DNA of 61,645 nt, filler included. It is 3 parts of 3 records of this genome, joined end to end, with 100 filler letters (N's around TTAATTAATTAA, not from the genome) between each part and the next. Parts side by side here need not be neighbours in the genome. Positions count along the whole stretch, not along the records: positions 28,046 to 52,789 come from SRR31156797_6724; 2 more parts are not named here. One strand, written 5' to 3'. Positions within the stretch are counted from its first letter, which is position 1. Each line of letters begins with the position of its first letter. A program made the translations under genes and the position numbers. This document shows positions 28,560-38,815 of this stretch, in pieces. The notes under the pieces are model-generated. The model had not been told where the DNA came from. It searched no databases and saw nothing but the letters and a program-made list of their open reading frames with translations.

Positions 28560-30503
28560 ATGGGACTCAGTTTGAGTCCCTTTTGTATTTTAAAGCTTAT
28601 CCCCTTGAAAAATTACTATAAATATTGGACTATTCTACTTGTATTTTTTCTATTCGTTTTTAATACTCATATTCAAGCAGAGAATAAATTGGATAGTTTA
28701 AAACAAGTATTATCAACTTCTGCATCGATAAACGATACGGTTTTACACTCGCTATACGTAGATCTATCTTATTATGAGAACAATCCTGAGTTAAAAATTG
28801 AATATTCAAACAAAGCACATGATCTAGCTTTAAAAAACAAAAACAACGCCTGGGTTGCAGCAGCTTTATCAACCCGATCGAGAGGATATATGGCTGTTGG
28901 TAATTTGGATAAAGCTATTGTCGATTTATTGAAGTGTAAAGAAATATATGATCAGATAAATAACCAGATTGGTATCGCTTTGGTGATGACAAATCTTGGG
29001 AATATATATAAAAGAAATGGAGAGTATTTTTTATCAGAGGAGTGTTATTTAGCCGCAATAGAAGGTTTTAAGAATTTAAATGATAAAAGCAGATTTGCTG
29101 TTGCCAATTTAAATCTGGGAGAATTGTATCGTATTTGTGGTTATACACTAAAAGCTATAAAGTATTTTAATATTTCCAGAAGTGCCTATTCGAAGCTTAA
29201 TGATGATTCAGGCGTAGCTTATAGTTTGGGTAATATCGGTTTAGGATTCTCAAAAACAGACAATTTAGATAGTGCTCAGGCTTATCTTAATAAATCAATT
29301 TCCATACTTGAACCATTGAATGACAATTATGCTATTTCATCATATATGGATGGTTTAGCCGAAGTTTATTTCAAGCAAAAGAAATATAACAAGGCATTAG
29401 ATACTGCAATCGAAAGTTTATTATTAGCGCAGGAATATGGCTTGAAAGAACAAATTAGGGATGCCAGCCTACGAATGTCAGATATTTATAATCAGTTGGG
29501 AGATTATAAAAAAGCGTACGATTTCCATAAACAATATGTTGCTTACAGAGATAGTATCAATAATGAAGAAACAATACGTAAAATTGCAAATCTTCGAACA
29601 AAATACGAAGTTGCTCAGAAACAGAAAGAAATAGATGAGCAAAAGGCGAAAACAGAGTATTATTTCACGATTGTTGTTGCCGCTGTAGTATTGATTGGTC
29701 TCTTTATTATTTTGGTGGTAATCATGCTAAATAATAGTAGAAGTAGAAGGCGTATTAATAAAGTGCTTGTTGAACAGCGAAAGGAACTTGTGCGTGCCAA
29801 TGCTACAAAAAACAAGTATTTCTCGGTTTTATCACATGATTTAAGAGGATCTCTTGCTACATTTAATAGTTATGCAGAAATCATTGAATTGTGCATTATG
29901 TCCAAAGAAACAGATAAGCTGGATGAATTATCTGATGATTTAAGTTCTTCCTCTGCTAATTTGTTAAACTTATTGGATAACCTGTTGCAATGGGGTGTCA
30001 GTCAAATGGGTACTGCAGATTTAGTCCCTGCAAATGTAAGTATGAAGGATGTTGTGTTAATGGAGATATCGCATTTAAAGGATGTGGCTCATAAGAAGGA
30101 GATAGAAGTATTGGCGAATGTTCCTGCAAATATTACCTTATACGTAGATAGGGTAGTGATGGCAATGGCTATTCGTAATTTAATTAACAATGCACTTAAA
30201 TTTACGCCGTCGGGTGGAAAAGTTTGGATTGAAGCAGGAAATTATAATGGCACAACTTTCTTAAAGATTTCAGATTCAGGAGTTGGAATGACTGAAGAAC
30301 AACAAGAAAATCTATTTGATTTTAATAAGATAAACAGCACCTACGGAACCCAGAATGAAAAAGGGGTAGGACTTGGATTGCAGTTGGTTTTGGATTTTGT
30401 AAAGCATAGCAAAGCCGAGGTGAAAGTTGATTCAGAGGTTGGAGAGGGTACATCGTTTACCTTTACTTTCGTAAAAGAAAATCCGATTGTTCATCTTAAT
30501 TAG
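28560..30503 (+). CDS. TPR-repeat sensor histidine kinase
   Basis: Periplasmic TPRs (NLGNIY, NLGELY, NIG); TM; H-box SHDLRG; N-box NLINNALKF; DSGVG, GVGLGL, GEGTSF. Confidence 0.93.
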   Translation: MGLSLSPFCILKLIPLKNYYKYWTILLVFFLFVFNTHIQAENKLDSLKQVLSTSASINDTVLHSLYVDLSYYENNPELKIEYSNKAHDLALKNKNNAWVAAALSTRSRGYMAVGNLDKAIVDLLKCKEIYDQINNQIGIALVMTNLGNIYKRNGEYFLSEECYLAAIEGFKNLNDKSRFAVANLNLGELYRICGYTLKAIKYFNISRSAYSKLNDDSGVAYSLGNIGLGFSKTDNLDSAQAYLNKSISILEPLNDNYAISSYMDGLAEVYFKQKKYNKALDTAIESLLLAQEYGLKEQIRDASLRMSDIYNQLGDYKKAYDFHKQYVAYRDSINNEETIRKIANLRTKYEVAQKQKEIDEQKAKTEYYFTIVVAAVVLIGLFIILVVIMLNNSRSRRRINKVLVEQRKELVRANATKNKYFSVLSHDLRGSLATFNSYAEIIELCIMSKETDKLDELSDDLSSSSANLLNLLDNLLQWGVSQMGTADLVPANVSMKDVVLMEISHLKDVAHKKEIEVLANVPANITLYVDRVVMAMAIRNLINNALKFTPSGGKVWIEAGNYNGTTFLKISDSGVGMTEEQQENLFDFNKINSTYGTQNEKGVGLGLQLVLDFVKHSKAEVKVDSEVGEGTSFTFTFVKENPIVHLN

Positions 30504-30632
30504 ATTCCTTTTTATTCTAAATATTTAGATATAATCCATTGTTTTGTGTATTTAGTATAATGTATTGAATGTGAAGTATGCGTATAAATACTATATTTAG
30601 GCCATTCTAAAAAGACACAAAACACATTGTTC

Positions 30633-31121
30633 ATGAAAAAAATTATGATTCCCCTTGTGTTGGGATGGTTACTGGTTAATTCTTGTTCTAGTAGCACGGA
30701 TCAGCTTAGTCCCAATTATCAGGATGCAGAAAGTTTAAAATCCACCAAGATTACGCTTCGTTATGAAGAAGATGCCGAAACCTTATTTTTAAGTGATAAT
30801 AGTGGTTTAAAGTCTGGAGCATTAGACTTTGTAAGTGAATTAAGTACTGGAGATACCATTAGTTGGCATTTGAATGAAAATAGTAAAATTAAGAGTATTG
30901 AAGAGATTATTATTGTGAGTTCAACTTGTGGCGAAGCATCATTATTTGAGGATGGTATTCAATATAATCAGGAAGGTACTTTTTGTTATGGCGTTATTTC
31001 ACAAGCTGCCTATGGAGTAACCAAGTATGATATTAAGTTTATGCTTGAGAATGGTATCATAGTGATTATTGATCCTACAATTAGAGTTAAGGAAATAAAT
31101 CCTCCACCAAGAGAACAGTAA
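30633..31121 (+). CDS. Hypothetical lipoprotein
   Basis: MKK plus hydrophobic stretch and VNSC lipobox; beta-rich; terminator after. Confidence 0.75.
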   Translation: MKKIMIPLVLGWLLVNSCSSSTDQLSPNYQDAESLKSTKITLRYEEDAETLFLSDNSGLKSGALDFVSELSTGDTISWHLNENSKIKSIEEIIIVSSTCGEASLFEDGIQYNQEGTFCYGVISQAAYGVTKYDIKFMLENGIIVIIDPTIRVKEINPPPREQ

Positions 31122-31133
31122 AAAGCATTATTG

Positions 31134-31164
31134 AGCCTTATTCCTACAGGAATAGGGCTTTTTT
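31134..31164 (+). terminator. Intrinsic terminator
   Basis: AGCCTTATTCC...GGAATAGGGCT plus T-run. Confidence 0.75.
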
Positions 31165-31250
31165 AATGGGAGCTGCTTTTATAGTAAAAACTTGAAGCAA
31201 AAAAAAATCCCCATTCAATATTGAACAGGGATTCTTTTATGAAGAGTTTC

Positions 31251-31601
31251 TTACATTCTTCTTTCTTTAATTCTGGCTTTTTTACCAGTAAGACCGCGTA
31301 AATAGTAAATACGCTTTCTACGAACTTTACCAGCACGGTTAAGTTCAATTTTTTCAATAAAAGGTGAGTTTAATGGGAAAATCCTTTCCACACCTTGGTT
31401 ACCAGACATTTTTCTTACTGTAACCATTTTAGCTTCACCAGCACCTTTAATTTGAATAACTACACCTCTAAAAATCTGGATACGCTCCTTATTTCCCTCT
31501 TTAATCTTGTAAGATATAGAGATGGTGTCACCTGGTCCAAAAGAAGGAAATTCTTTTGCCTCAGTTTTAAATGCTTCTTCAGCAACTTTAATTAAATCCA
31601 T
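31251..31601 (-). CDS. rplS: 50S ribosomal protein L19
   Basis: [37 protein letters not shown]. Confidence 0.98.
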   Translation of the reverse strand: MDLIKVAEEAFKTEAKEFPSFGPGDTISISYKIKEGNKERIQIFRGVVIQIKGAGEAKMVTVRKMSGNQGVERIFPLNSPFIEKIELNRAGKVRRKRIYYLRGLTGKKARIKERRM

Positions 31602-31690
31602 TTTAAAAAAATCTTAGCATTTAACAAATACATGCAATATTACGTGAACCACCTGTTCAATAAGAGATTACATGTAGATTGTAAACAATC
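31602..31690 (-). ncRNA. Candidate structured rplS 5' leader (ribosomal protein leader)
   Basis: Minus-strand stems GAUUGU/ACAAUC, UACAUGUAAU/AUUGCAUGUA and inner UGAAC/GUUCA. Confidence 0.5.
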
Positions 31691-31695
31691 GGCCG

Positions 31696-31703
31696 CAAAG
31701 ATA
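31696..31703 (-). promoter_or_regulatory. Bacteroidetes -7 promoter element for rplS
   Basis: TATCTTTG on minus strand fits TAnnTTTG. Confidence 0.7.
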
Positions 31704-31789
31704 GTGTTTTTGAATTGAAATAAAAAGACTATTAAGGCTTTAAATACAGTTAAAAGTAATTTTTCGGTTGGCCTAATTGCTGGTGATAA

Positions 31790-31829
31790 ACAATAAACGG
31801 GTGCTACCTTTATTAGATAACACCCGCTT
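31790..31829 (-). terminator. Intrinsic terminator of the RND operon
   Basis: Minus strand CGGGTGTTATCT-aataa-AGGTAGCACCCG with G-U pairs, then U-rich tail. Confidence 0.75.
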
Positions 31830-31866
31830 GACTACGATTGATTGGATAAGTATAATATTTTACAAT

Positions 31867-32052
31867 TTACTTAGGTACTCCTAATTTAGTAAGAATATCA
31901 TTCATTAAACACCATTTGGTGAATGAAGATTGCAATAAATTTAATCCTACAAAAGCTGTTAAAAACAACCAGTTGATATTAACCCAGAAGGCTAATGAAA
32001 TACTGGCTAATACTAAAATGCCGGCAATGGCTCTTACTATTCTTTCTTGCAT
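31867..32052 (-). CDS. DUF2892 (YgaP-like) membrane protein
   Basis: ERIVRAIAG...FVGLNLLQSSFTKWCLM; ATG at 32052 after an A-rich leader. Confidence 0.9.
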   Translation of the reverse strand: MQERIVRAIAGILVLASISLAFWVNINWLFLTAFVGLNLLQSSFTKWCLMNDILTKLGVPK

Positions 32053-32115
32053 GGTTTTTATTTTTTTATTTTTAAGTATAAAGTATTTAGCCAAAACAAC
32101 AGATTGTGTTTTTAC

Positions 32116-32150
32116 CAATGACGATTGACTAATGTCTAATGACTAACACC
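32116..32150. repeat. Degenerate heptamer tandem repeat
   Basis: caatgac gattgac taatgtc taatgac taacacc. Confidence 0.5.
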
Positions 32151-32184
32151 TTCCTATGTCTTTATACTGATATCTTATTTTTAA

Positions 32185-32490
32185 TTACATTCCTTTTTCA
32201 ATATTAAGTACATAAGCCTGAATATTACAATTAGGCATATCCTTTTTACATTGATTGAGGTCGATTAATAAATTATCTGCCTGATCATCATCAATCATTG
32301 TAAAAAATACAATATTGTCTGTAGTCAGGGCGTTGGATCCAAACCAATTACCAACTCTGTGGGGCGCTCTTTCCGGCTTGTTTACACCGGTAACATCAAA
32401 TTCATTAAAAAATTTGACCTGGTGCTGGCTAAAAAACTCCTCGAGCTTTTCGCGATATTCAGCAACTGTAATGGCTACTAGTAATTTCAT
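32185..32490 (-). CDS. PII-like (GlnB-fold) protein
   Basis: 101 aa; MKLL start, V.G followed by T-loop-like segment, alternating beta/alpha pattern, final AYVLNIE strand. Confidence 0.65.
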   Translation of the reverse strand: MKLLVAITVAEYREKLEEFFSQHQVKFFNEFDVTGVNKPERAPHRVGNWFGSNALTTDNIVFFTMIDDDQADNLLIDLNQCKKDMPNCNIQAYVLNIEKGM

Positions 32491-32625
32491 TTTTAAAGTA
32501 TAAGCAGGCAGGTATTCATCATAAGACTTAGGTAAATTGAATACCGGCTCTGTTAGTTCTGTAATTTTAATGATATCCTTTCTTAAAGCATTTATACTTT
32601 AAGAAAGGATATGCATCTAACTCAA

Positions 32626-35600
32626 TTAAACCGTATCACTATGTGAAGCTTCTACAGCTTCATTTTTATGCTCAGTTTCTTTTTTATCATCCTCATTTCT
32701 GCTTTCAACCATATAATAAATTAGTGGCACAATAAGCAGTGTTAAGAAGGTTGAAGCAATGGTTCCACCCATTAACGAAATAGCTAATCCCTGGAAAATT
32801 GGATCGAAAAGGATTACAACAGCTCCAATCACAACAGTACCGGCTGTTAACAAGATAGGTGTTGTACGTACCGCTCCGGCTTCAATAACCGCTTCCTTTA
32901 ATGGGGCACCTTCTTTGAGTCGGATGTTTACAAAGTCAATGAGCAGTATGGAGTTCCGAACCATAATACCCGCCAGCGCAATCATACCAATCATTGAAGT
33001 GGCTGTAAAGAAAGCATTCAGCATCCAGTGCCCTAGTACAATTCCCACTAATGATAAAGGAATAGCAATCATCATTACAAATGGAACTTTTAAGTTTTGG
33101 AACCATCCTACAATTAGCATATAAATGATGATAAGTACTACGGCAAAGGCAGTTCCCAGGTCGCGGAAAACCTCGTAGGTAATTTGCCACTCACCATCCC
33201 ATTTTAAACCAAACTCGTTTTCTGCAAATGGTTGTCCATTGTAAAATTCAGTAATGTTATAACCCTTTGGTAATTCTATTTCATCAATACGATCAGATAT
33301 ATCCAGGATGGCATAAACCGGGCTTTCTAAAGTTCCCGCAACATCGGCTGTTACATAAACGACGCGTTTTTGATTTTTACGGAATATACTTTTCTCCTTG
33401 ACTGTTTGATGAATATTAACCAAGTCGCCAACCGCTACCATATTTCCATTGGCTGACATTAGGTTAATCTTTTTTAAATCATCAATACCTGTGCGGTTCT
33501 CTTCAGCCATTCTTAAAGTAATGCCAACCTGATCGTGATCGTTTTCTGCATATAAATTAGTAACAATAGCACCTCTTAGGTTCATGTTAATGGCATGCAC
33601 AATCTGCTGAGCCGAAATACCGGATAACATGGCTTTTTCTTTATCCACGTCAAACTGATATTCCAATTGATCATCTTCCATCATCCAATCGATGTCCACC
33701 ACACTTTCGGTTTGGGCAAATAGCTTTTTAACCTGAAGAGCAACATCTTTTTGCGCTTCATAATCGGGGCCGTATATTTCAGCAACCATTGTTGACATAA
33801 CCGGAGGGCCAGGAGGCACTTCAACCACTTTTACATTGGCATTGAACTTCTTACCGATTTCCTGCAAACGTGAACGTAAAGCTTTGGCAATATCATGACT
33901 TTGTAAATCACGTTCTTTTTTATTTACCAGGTTAACCTGAATGTCAGCCACATTTGATCCTCTTCGTAAATCGTAATGACGAACCAAACCGTTGAAGTTA
34001 ATCGGTGCAGAAGCCCCTACGTACGTTTGGTAATTAGTAACTAATTCATGATTTCGCAGGTATGCAGCTAACTCTTTGGTGACATTTGCAGTTTGCTCCA
34101 AGGTGGTACCTTCCGGCATATCTACAACAACCTGGAATTCGTTTTTATTATCAAATGGCAGAATTTTTACAGTAACCACCTTTAATAAGAATAAACTGGC
34201 AGATCCAAACAACAGTACGGTTACACTAATAATAAAGGCCCATCTTTTGGTCTTATTATCAATCATTGGACGCATTGTTTTGTCGTAGATTTTATAAATC
34301 AACGTTTTCTCTAAAGAGTAATCCTTATTTTCATCATCCTTTTCCTCATGACGTAATAAACGATATGCCAACCACGGAGTTATCATTAAGGCTACTAATA
34401 ATGAGAATATCATGGCTATAGAAGCTCCAATTGGCATTGGACTCATATATGGCCCCATCATTCCTGATACAAATACCATTGGAATTACAGCTGCAATAAC
34501 TGTAAAAGTTGCCAAAATAGTTGGGTTACCTACTTCATCAATAGAGCGAAGTGCTGCCTGAAAAAATGGTAACTGTCTCATTTTAAAGTGACGGTGCATG
34601 TTTTCAGCAATAATAATGGAGTCATCTACTACAATACCCGTTACAAATACTAAAGCAAAAAGTGTAATACGGTTTAGCGTATAATCTAAAAAGTAATAAC
34701 TAAACATGGTTAAAGCAAAGGTGATAGGTACAGAAATAAATACTACCAATCCACCGCGCCAACCCATGGCCAACATAACCACTATAGTAACTGCTATAAT
34801 AGCACCTAGCAAGTGCATTAACAGTTCTGAAACTTTTTCAGAAGCCGTTTCACCGTAGTTTCGGGTAACTTCAACGTTGATATCAGAAGGAATTAATTCT
34901 CCTTGTAGAATTTCAATTTTGTGCTCAATCTGTTCAGCTAAACGCATGGCGTCAGCTCCGCGTCTTTTAGCAATAGAAATAGTTACGGCATCATATTCGC
35001 CTGGATTTTGATCTTTTAATTCACTGGCATTTCCATAACCGAAACTCACATATGAACTTGGTAAAGAAGGACCATCTTCAACGGTTGCCACCTGGTGTAA
35101 ATACACAGGACTATTTTGGTTTACACCAATTACTAAATTACTTACTTCTTCAGCTGTTTGTAGAAAACCACCAGTTGATACTAGGTATTCATCATTTTGC
35201 TGGTTGAAAGAACCTGATGAAAATTTAGCATTGGAAGCTTGTAGCTGTTGCGCAATCATTAATGGGTCAACATGAAATGCTGTCATTTTATCACGATCCA
35301 GAATTACCTGAATCTCTCTGTTTCTACCACCAATTATTCTGGTTTCAGATATGTCTGTAATTTTCTCAATTTCAGAATTTAACTCCTGGGCAACTCTTTT
35401 AAGTTGATAATCCGAGTAGTTTTCGCTCCATAAAGTTAAACCCATAACCGGCACGTCATCAATAGATCTTGTTTTTACCAAAGGTAGGGTAGTACCTTGT
35501 GGCATCTGATCCATATTCTTCATGATTTCGTTATACAGTTTAACCAGGCTTCGTTCAATATCTTCGCCAACATAAAACTGTACAATTAGCATTGCTTGCT

Positions 35601-35874
35601 CTGGTAGGGATTGAGAATATACATACTCAACACCTTTTACATTAGAAATTACTTTCTCTATAGGTTTAACGATTCTAGATTCTACCTCCTTTGGACTAGC
35701 TCCGGGGTAGCCTAAAAATATATCGGCAATAGGTACATCAATTTGTGGTTCCTCCTCGCGAGGAGTAAGGTATGAACTATACATACCTATGATCATAAAC
35801 GCCACCATCAAAAGAGGTGTAAGTTTTGATTTTATAAACATTCGGGCCAATGACCCTGCGAATCCTGTTTTCAT
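32626..35874 (-). CDS. RND efflux transporter permease subunit
   Basis: PREEEPQI, YPGASP, GIVVDDSII, GIMVRNSILL, RTTPILLT; 1082 aa. Confidence 0.96.
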   Translation of the reverse strand: MKTGFAGSLARMFIKSKLTPLLMVAFMIIGMYSSYLTPREEEPQIDVPIADIFLGYPGASPKEVESRIVKPIEKVISNVKGVEYVYSQSLPEQAMLIVQFYVGEDIERSLVKLYNEIMKNMDQMPQGTTLPLVKTRSIDDVPVMGLTLWSENYSDYQLKRVAQELNSEIEKITDISETRIIGGRNREIQVILDRDKMTAFHVDPLMIAQQLQASNAKFSSGSFNQQNDEYLVSTGGFLQTAEEVSNLVIGVNQNSPVYLHQVATVEDGPSLPSSYVSFGYGNASELKDQNPGEYDAVTISIAKRRGADAMRLAEQIEHKIEILQGELIPSDINVEVTRNYGETASEKVSELLMHLLGAIIAVTIVVMLAMGWRGGLVVFISVPITFALTMFSYYFLDYTLNRITLFALVFVTGIVVDDSIIIAENMHRHFKMRQLPFFQAALRSIDEVGNPTILATFTVIAAVIPMVFVSGMMGPYMSPMPIGASIAMIFSLLVALMITPWLAYRLLRHEEKDDENKDYSLEKTLIYKIYDKTMRPMIDNKTKRWAFIISVTVLLFGSASLFLLKVVTVKILPFDNKNEFQVVVDMPEGTTLEQTANVTKELAAYLRNHELVTNYQTYVGASAPINFNGLVRHYDLRRGSNVADIQVNLVNKKERDLQSHDIAKALRSRLQEIGKKFNANVKVVEVPPGPPVMSTMVAEIYGPDYEAQKDVALQVKKLFAQTESVVDIDWMMEDDQLEYQFDVDKEKAMLSGISAQQIVHAINMNLRGAIVTNLYAENDHDQVGITLRMAEENRTGIDDLKKINLMSANGNMVAVGDLVNIHQTVKEKSIFRKNQKRVVYVTADVAGTLESPVYAILDISDRIDEIELPKGYNITEFYNGQPFAENEFGLKWDGEWQITYEVFRDLGTAFAVVLIIIYMLIVGWFQNLKVPFVMMIAIPLSLVGIVLGHWMLNAFFTATSMIGMIALAGIMVRNSILLIDFVNIRLKEGAPLKEAVIEAGAVRTTPILLTAGTVVIGAVVILFDPIFQGLAISLMGGTIASTFLTLLIVPLIYYMVESRNEDDKKETEHKNEAVEASHSDTV

Positions 35875-35917
35875 ATTCGAACTTTTGTAGGTTTAAAACT
35901 TTAAATGCTAAATTGGT

Positions 35918-36988
35918 TTATAACTCAATAAGCATCCCGTCATACAATCGCTCATTGCTGTTTACAATAAGCTTGTCACCTGCTGATAATCCGGACAGGA
36001 CTTCAGTGTGACCATCATAAGACTTACCTAATCTAACCCATCTTAAAAGTGCTGCCTGAGATTCTCCAACGGTCCAAACACCTGTAAGCTGTCCACGTGT
36101 TATGATTAAATCCTCTGGTACAAGAATTTTGTTCTCAGTACCTTTTTGTAACTTGACTTGTGCAAACATGCCGCTTCTAAGCCTACTTTTTTGTTCTTGT
36201 GTTGGATGAAGTAAAACACGCGTTTCGAATTGAGCACCAGATAAACGACTTGAAGGACTCACTCTGGAAATAACGCCCATAACCTCACTCTGGCAATTCT
36301 TAATATCAACCAATACGGTATCGCCCTTTTCAACTAAATGTATTTCTGACTCAGGAACACGACTAATTACTTCAAATAATTCTGGTGCTTCAATAGCCAG
36401 TAAAGGCATGCCTGGATTTGCCATATCACCGGCATCCACACTTCTGTCTGTAATAACACCTGAATAAGGTGCACATATGTTGGCGTACGTCATCATTTCT
36501 TCCACTTCAGCTTTGGCTTTTTTAATTGCATCCAACTTCGCTTTCATCATTGTATAATGCGCCGTAATATCATCCAATTCTTTTTGTGTAGCACTTTTTA
36601 CTTCAAATAATTGACTAATTCTGTTATAGTCACGTTCTGCATTGGTATAAGCCGCTGTTACTTCTGTAATATTTGCTTCAACCTGACTTTTCTTAGCAAG
36701 AATATCGTTACTTCTGATTGAAAGTAATAACTGTCCTTTTTCCACTTTATCACCTTCATGTACCAATACCTGATCAATTTGCCCCATTAATCGGGTACTT
36801 AAAGATGATTTTTTAACAGAGGCCACATTTCCTGAGTATTCGTAAGTTCTAGGAACCTGAACTAATGATACTTCTTTAGCATTAACAGGAGTTCCTGTTT
36901 TAGATTCCTTTGTTGATTCTTGACTACCACAACTTTGTAGCATCCATCCGGCTGCAATAAGCAGCATAAATAATTTTATACGGTTCAT
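35918..36988 (-). CDS. RND periplasmic adaptor (MFP) lipoprotein
   Basis: Lipobox LQSC; EGDKVEKGQLL, APYSGVI, LRSGMFA, GLSAGD. Confidence 0.95.
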   Translation of the reverse strand: MNRIKLFMLLIAAGWMLQSCGSQESTKESKTGTPVNAKEVSLVQVPRTYEYSGNVASVKKSSLSTRLMGQIDQVLVHEGDKVEKGQLLLSIRSNDILAKKSQVEANITEVTAAYTNAERDYNRISQLFEVKSATQKELDDITAHYTMMKAKLDAIKKAKAEVEEMMTYANICAPYSGVITDRSVDAGDMANPGMPLLAIEAPELFEVISRVPESEIHLVEKGDTVLVDIKNCQSEVMGVISRVSPSSRLSGAQFETRVLLHPTQEQKSRLRSGMFAQVKLQKGTENKILVPEDLIITRGQLTGVWTVGESQAALLRWVRLGKSYDGHTEVLSGLSAGDKLIVNSNERLYDGMLIEL

Positions 36989-37022
36989 CGTTATTTTATT
37001 TTTTATTATTTACTTGAGTTGA

Positions 37023-38357
37023 TTATTGAGCAGCTTCTGAAGTTAATAGCTGATATTTAAAAACGGCTATATTGTAATTGTATATAGCATGAAGGTATTT
37101 TAACTCGCTTTCTGCAGACTTAGCCTCAGCAGCAAGCAGATCCGAAGTTCTTTCTAAGCCTTCTTTGTAACGATTGGTGCGAATTCTTAAAGTTTCTTTC
37201 GACTGTTCTGATGCAGTCTGATAGGAATTAACCAGACTACTGTTGATATCGATATTTCTAACAGCTTGTCTTAATTCCATATTATTTTTATCTAAGTAAT
37301 CGTTGTACTCAATCTCAGCCTGAACGTAATCCGCTTTTGCTTTATTCAATTTACCCCAGTTTTTACCACCGTTAAATAGTTTCCACTGCAGGTTGATACC
37401 TACTAACCAGCTATCTGCATCAAATCCGCCAAAATCATCATCGTACATATTGTACATTCCAAATGCATTGATACGCGGAGCAAGACTAAATGCACTGCTT
37501 TTTTTCATTTGTTTTCTGGCATCTAAACCATATTTCATAGCCAAAACATCAGCTCTGCCTGAAATAGATTGGTTATTGTTAGGTAGATAATCAACTTTGT
37601 GAATACTGTCTGCAATAGTTAAAGGAAGTCCTATTTCACGACCCATTAAAAAATTCAGATTTTCTTTAATGTTTCTTTCTTGATTCTCCGCTTCTTTTAA
37701 TTGCGCTTCTAATTCAAGCTTACGTACTTTTACCGATAAAACATCTGCTTCTTTTAAATAACCTTGTTCCTGGTTATCAATGGCCATTTTTAAATAAGCC
37801 TCTGTAGCTACATATGCTTTTTCAATCACATCTTTTTTACTTTGTGCCAATTGTAAAGCATAATAGGTTTGTTTAATAATAAAGTGAATATGAGATTTAG
37901 TATACTCACTTTTAAACTCCATGGCTTTTACTTTTTTGTTAGCAGCACTTTTACCCATCCATGCATCCACGTTAATTATAGGTTGTTCTACTTTAATTTG
38001 GGTATTAAAATGATCAACAGTTCCCGGATCATTTAATAATGCAGGGTTAAAATCGGCTTGGGTTACAATTCCTTGTTGTAATTTGAAACCGAATGCATTT
38101 AAGGGATCATTTGTAGAATACAAAGTATTGGAAAGTTCAACACTAGGTAAAAAAGAAGCGCTAGCTTGAAGTTGCTCTGATTTTGCCCCTTTAACCTGCG
38201 CTAAGCTCTTTAAAATTTCGCTGTTGTTTTTGTTGGCCAGATCAATTACCTGGCTTAAGCTAAAAACATTTGATGTATCTTTGGTTTGTGCCTTCGTCGG
38301 TAAGAGCAACCCCAAACTCATCAGTAATGTAATGATTGATAATTTGATTTTATACAT
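37023..38357 (-). CDS. TolC family outer membrane efflux protein
   Basis: Signal peptide; FLPSV, APRINAFG, RYKEG...DLL OEP repeats. Confidence 0.93.
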   Translation of the reverse strand: MYKIKLSIITLLMSLGLLLPTKAQTKDTSNVFSLSQVIDLANKNNSEILKSLAQVKGAKSEQLQASASFLPSVELSNTLYSTNDPLNAFGFKLQQGIVTQADFNPALLNDPGTVDHFNTQIKVEQPIINVDAWMGKSAANKKVKAMEFKSEYTKSHIHFIIKQTYYALQLAQSKKDVIEKAYVATEAYLKMAIDNQEQGYLKEADVLSVKVRKLELEAQLKEAENQERNIKENLNFLMGREIGLPLTIADSIHKVDYLPNNNQSISGRADVLAMKYGLDARKQMKKSSAFSLAPRINAFGMYNMYDDDFGGFDADSWLVGINLQWKLFNGGKNWGKLNKAKADYVQAEIEYNDYLDKNNMELRQAVRNIDINSSLVNSYQTASEQSKETLRIRTNRYKEGLERTSDLLAAEAKSAESELKYLHAIYNYNIAVFKYQLLTSEAAQ

Positions 38358-38393
38358 GGTTCTAATTTTTTACATATTATGCTTTTGATGGGT

Positions 38394-38440
38394 CAAATAT
38401 AAATCCACAAATACATATATGCAAATACGTAGATATGTAT
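38394..38440 (-). promoter_or_regulatory. Bacteroidetes promoter (-33/-7) overlapped by an inverted-repeat operator
   Basis: TTTG (38425-38422), 20 nt, TATATTTG (38401-38394); ATACATAT-N14-ATATGTAT at 38411-38440. Confidence 0.7.
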
Positions 38441-38815
38441 ATTTTGTGATGATCAGCTTCAAAGTTGGCTATAATGCTTGATATTGTGGACTTTATGGGT
38501 GTTGTAAATAGGTATTGATTGAGTAAATAATTAACATTTGTTTAATATTTTCACCTGACAATCTAGCATAATTACTATGTCATAATAGGAAAATGGGCTG
38601 TCATTTAATCATGAACGAGGGGGTAGTTTGATATTTGTCTCAATATTTAAGAATAGAATAACGAATTGGATGTTCCTGCACTTATAGATTTCCTGAAATA
38701 GAATTTTAATAGTTAAACCCTTTTTTAATAGTTTTAATATATCATACTTTCAATTACTTTTACAGTTGAATATTCCGATATATAGGGTATCATTAGAAAT
38801 CATATCACATATTAA

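Noticed and set aside
32573-32612. Perfect 16-bp hairpin after the RND gene as a mobile repeat
   Set aside because: Single copy in the window; better explained as an intra-operon mRNA stabiliser or weak terminator
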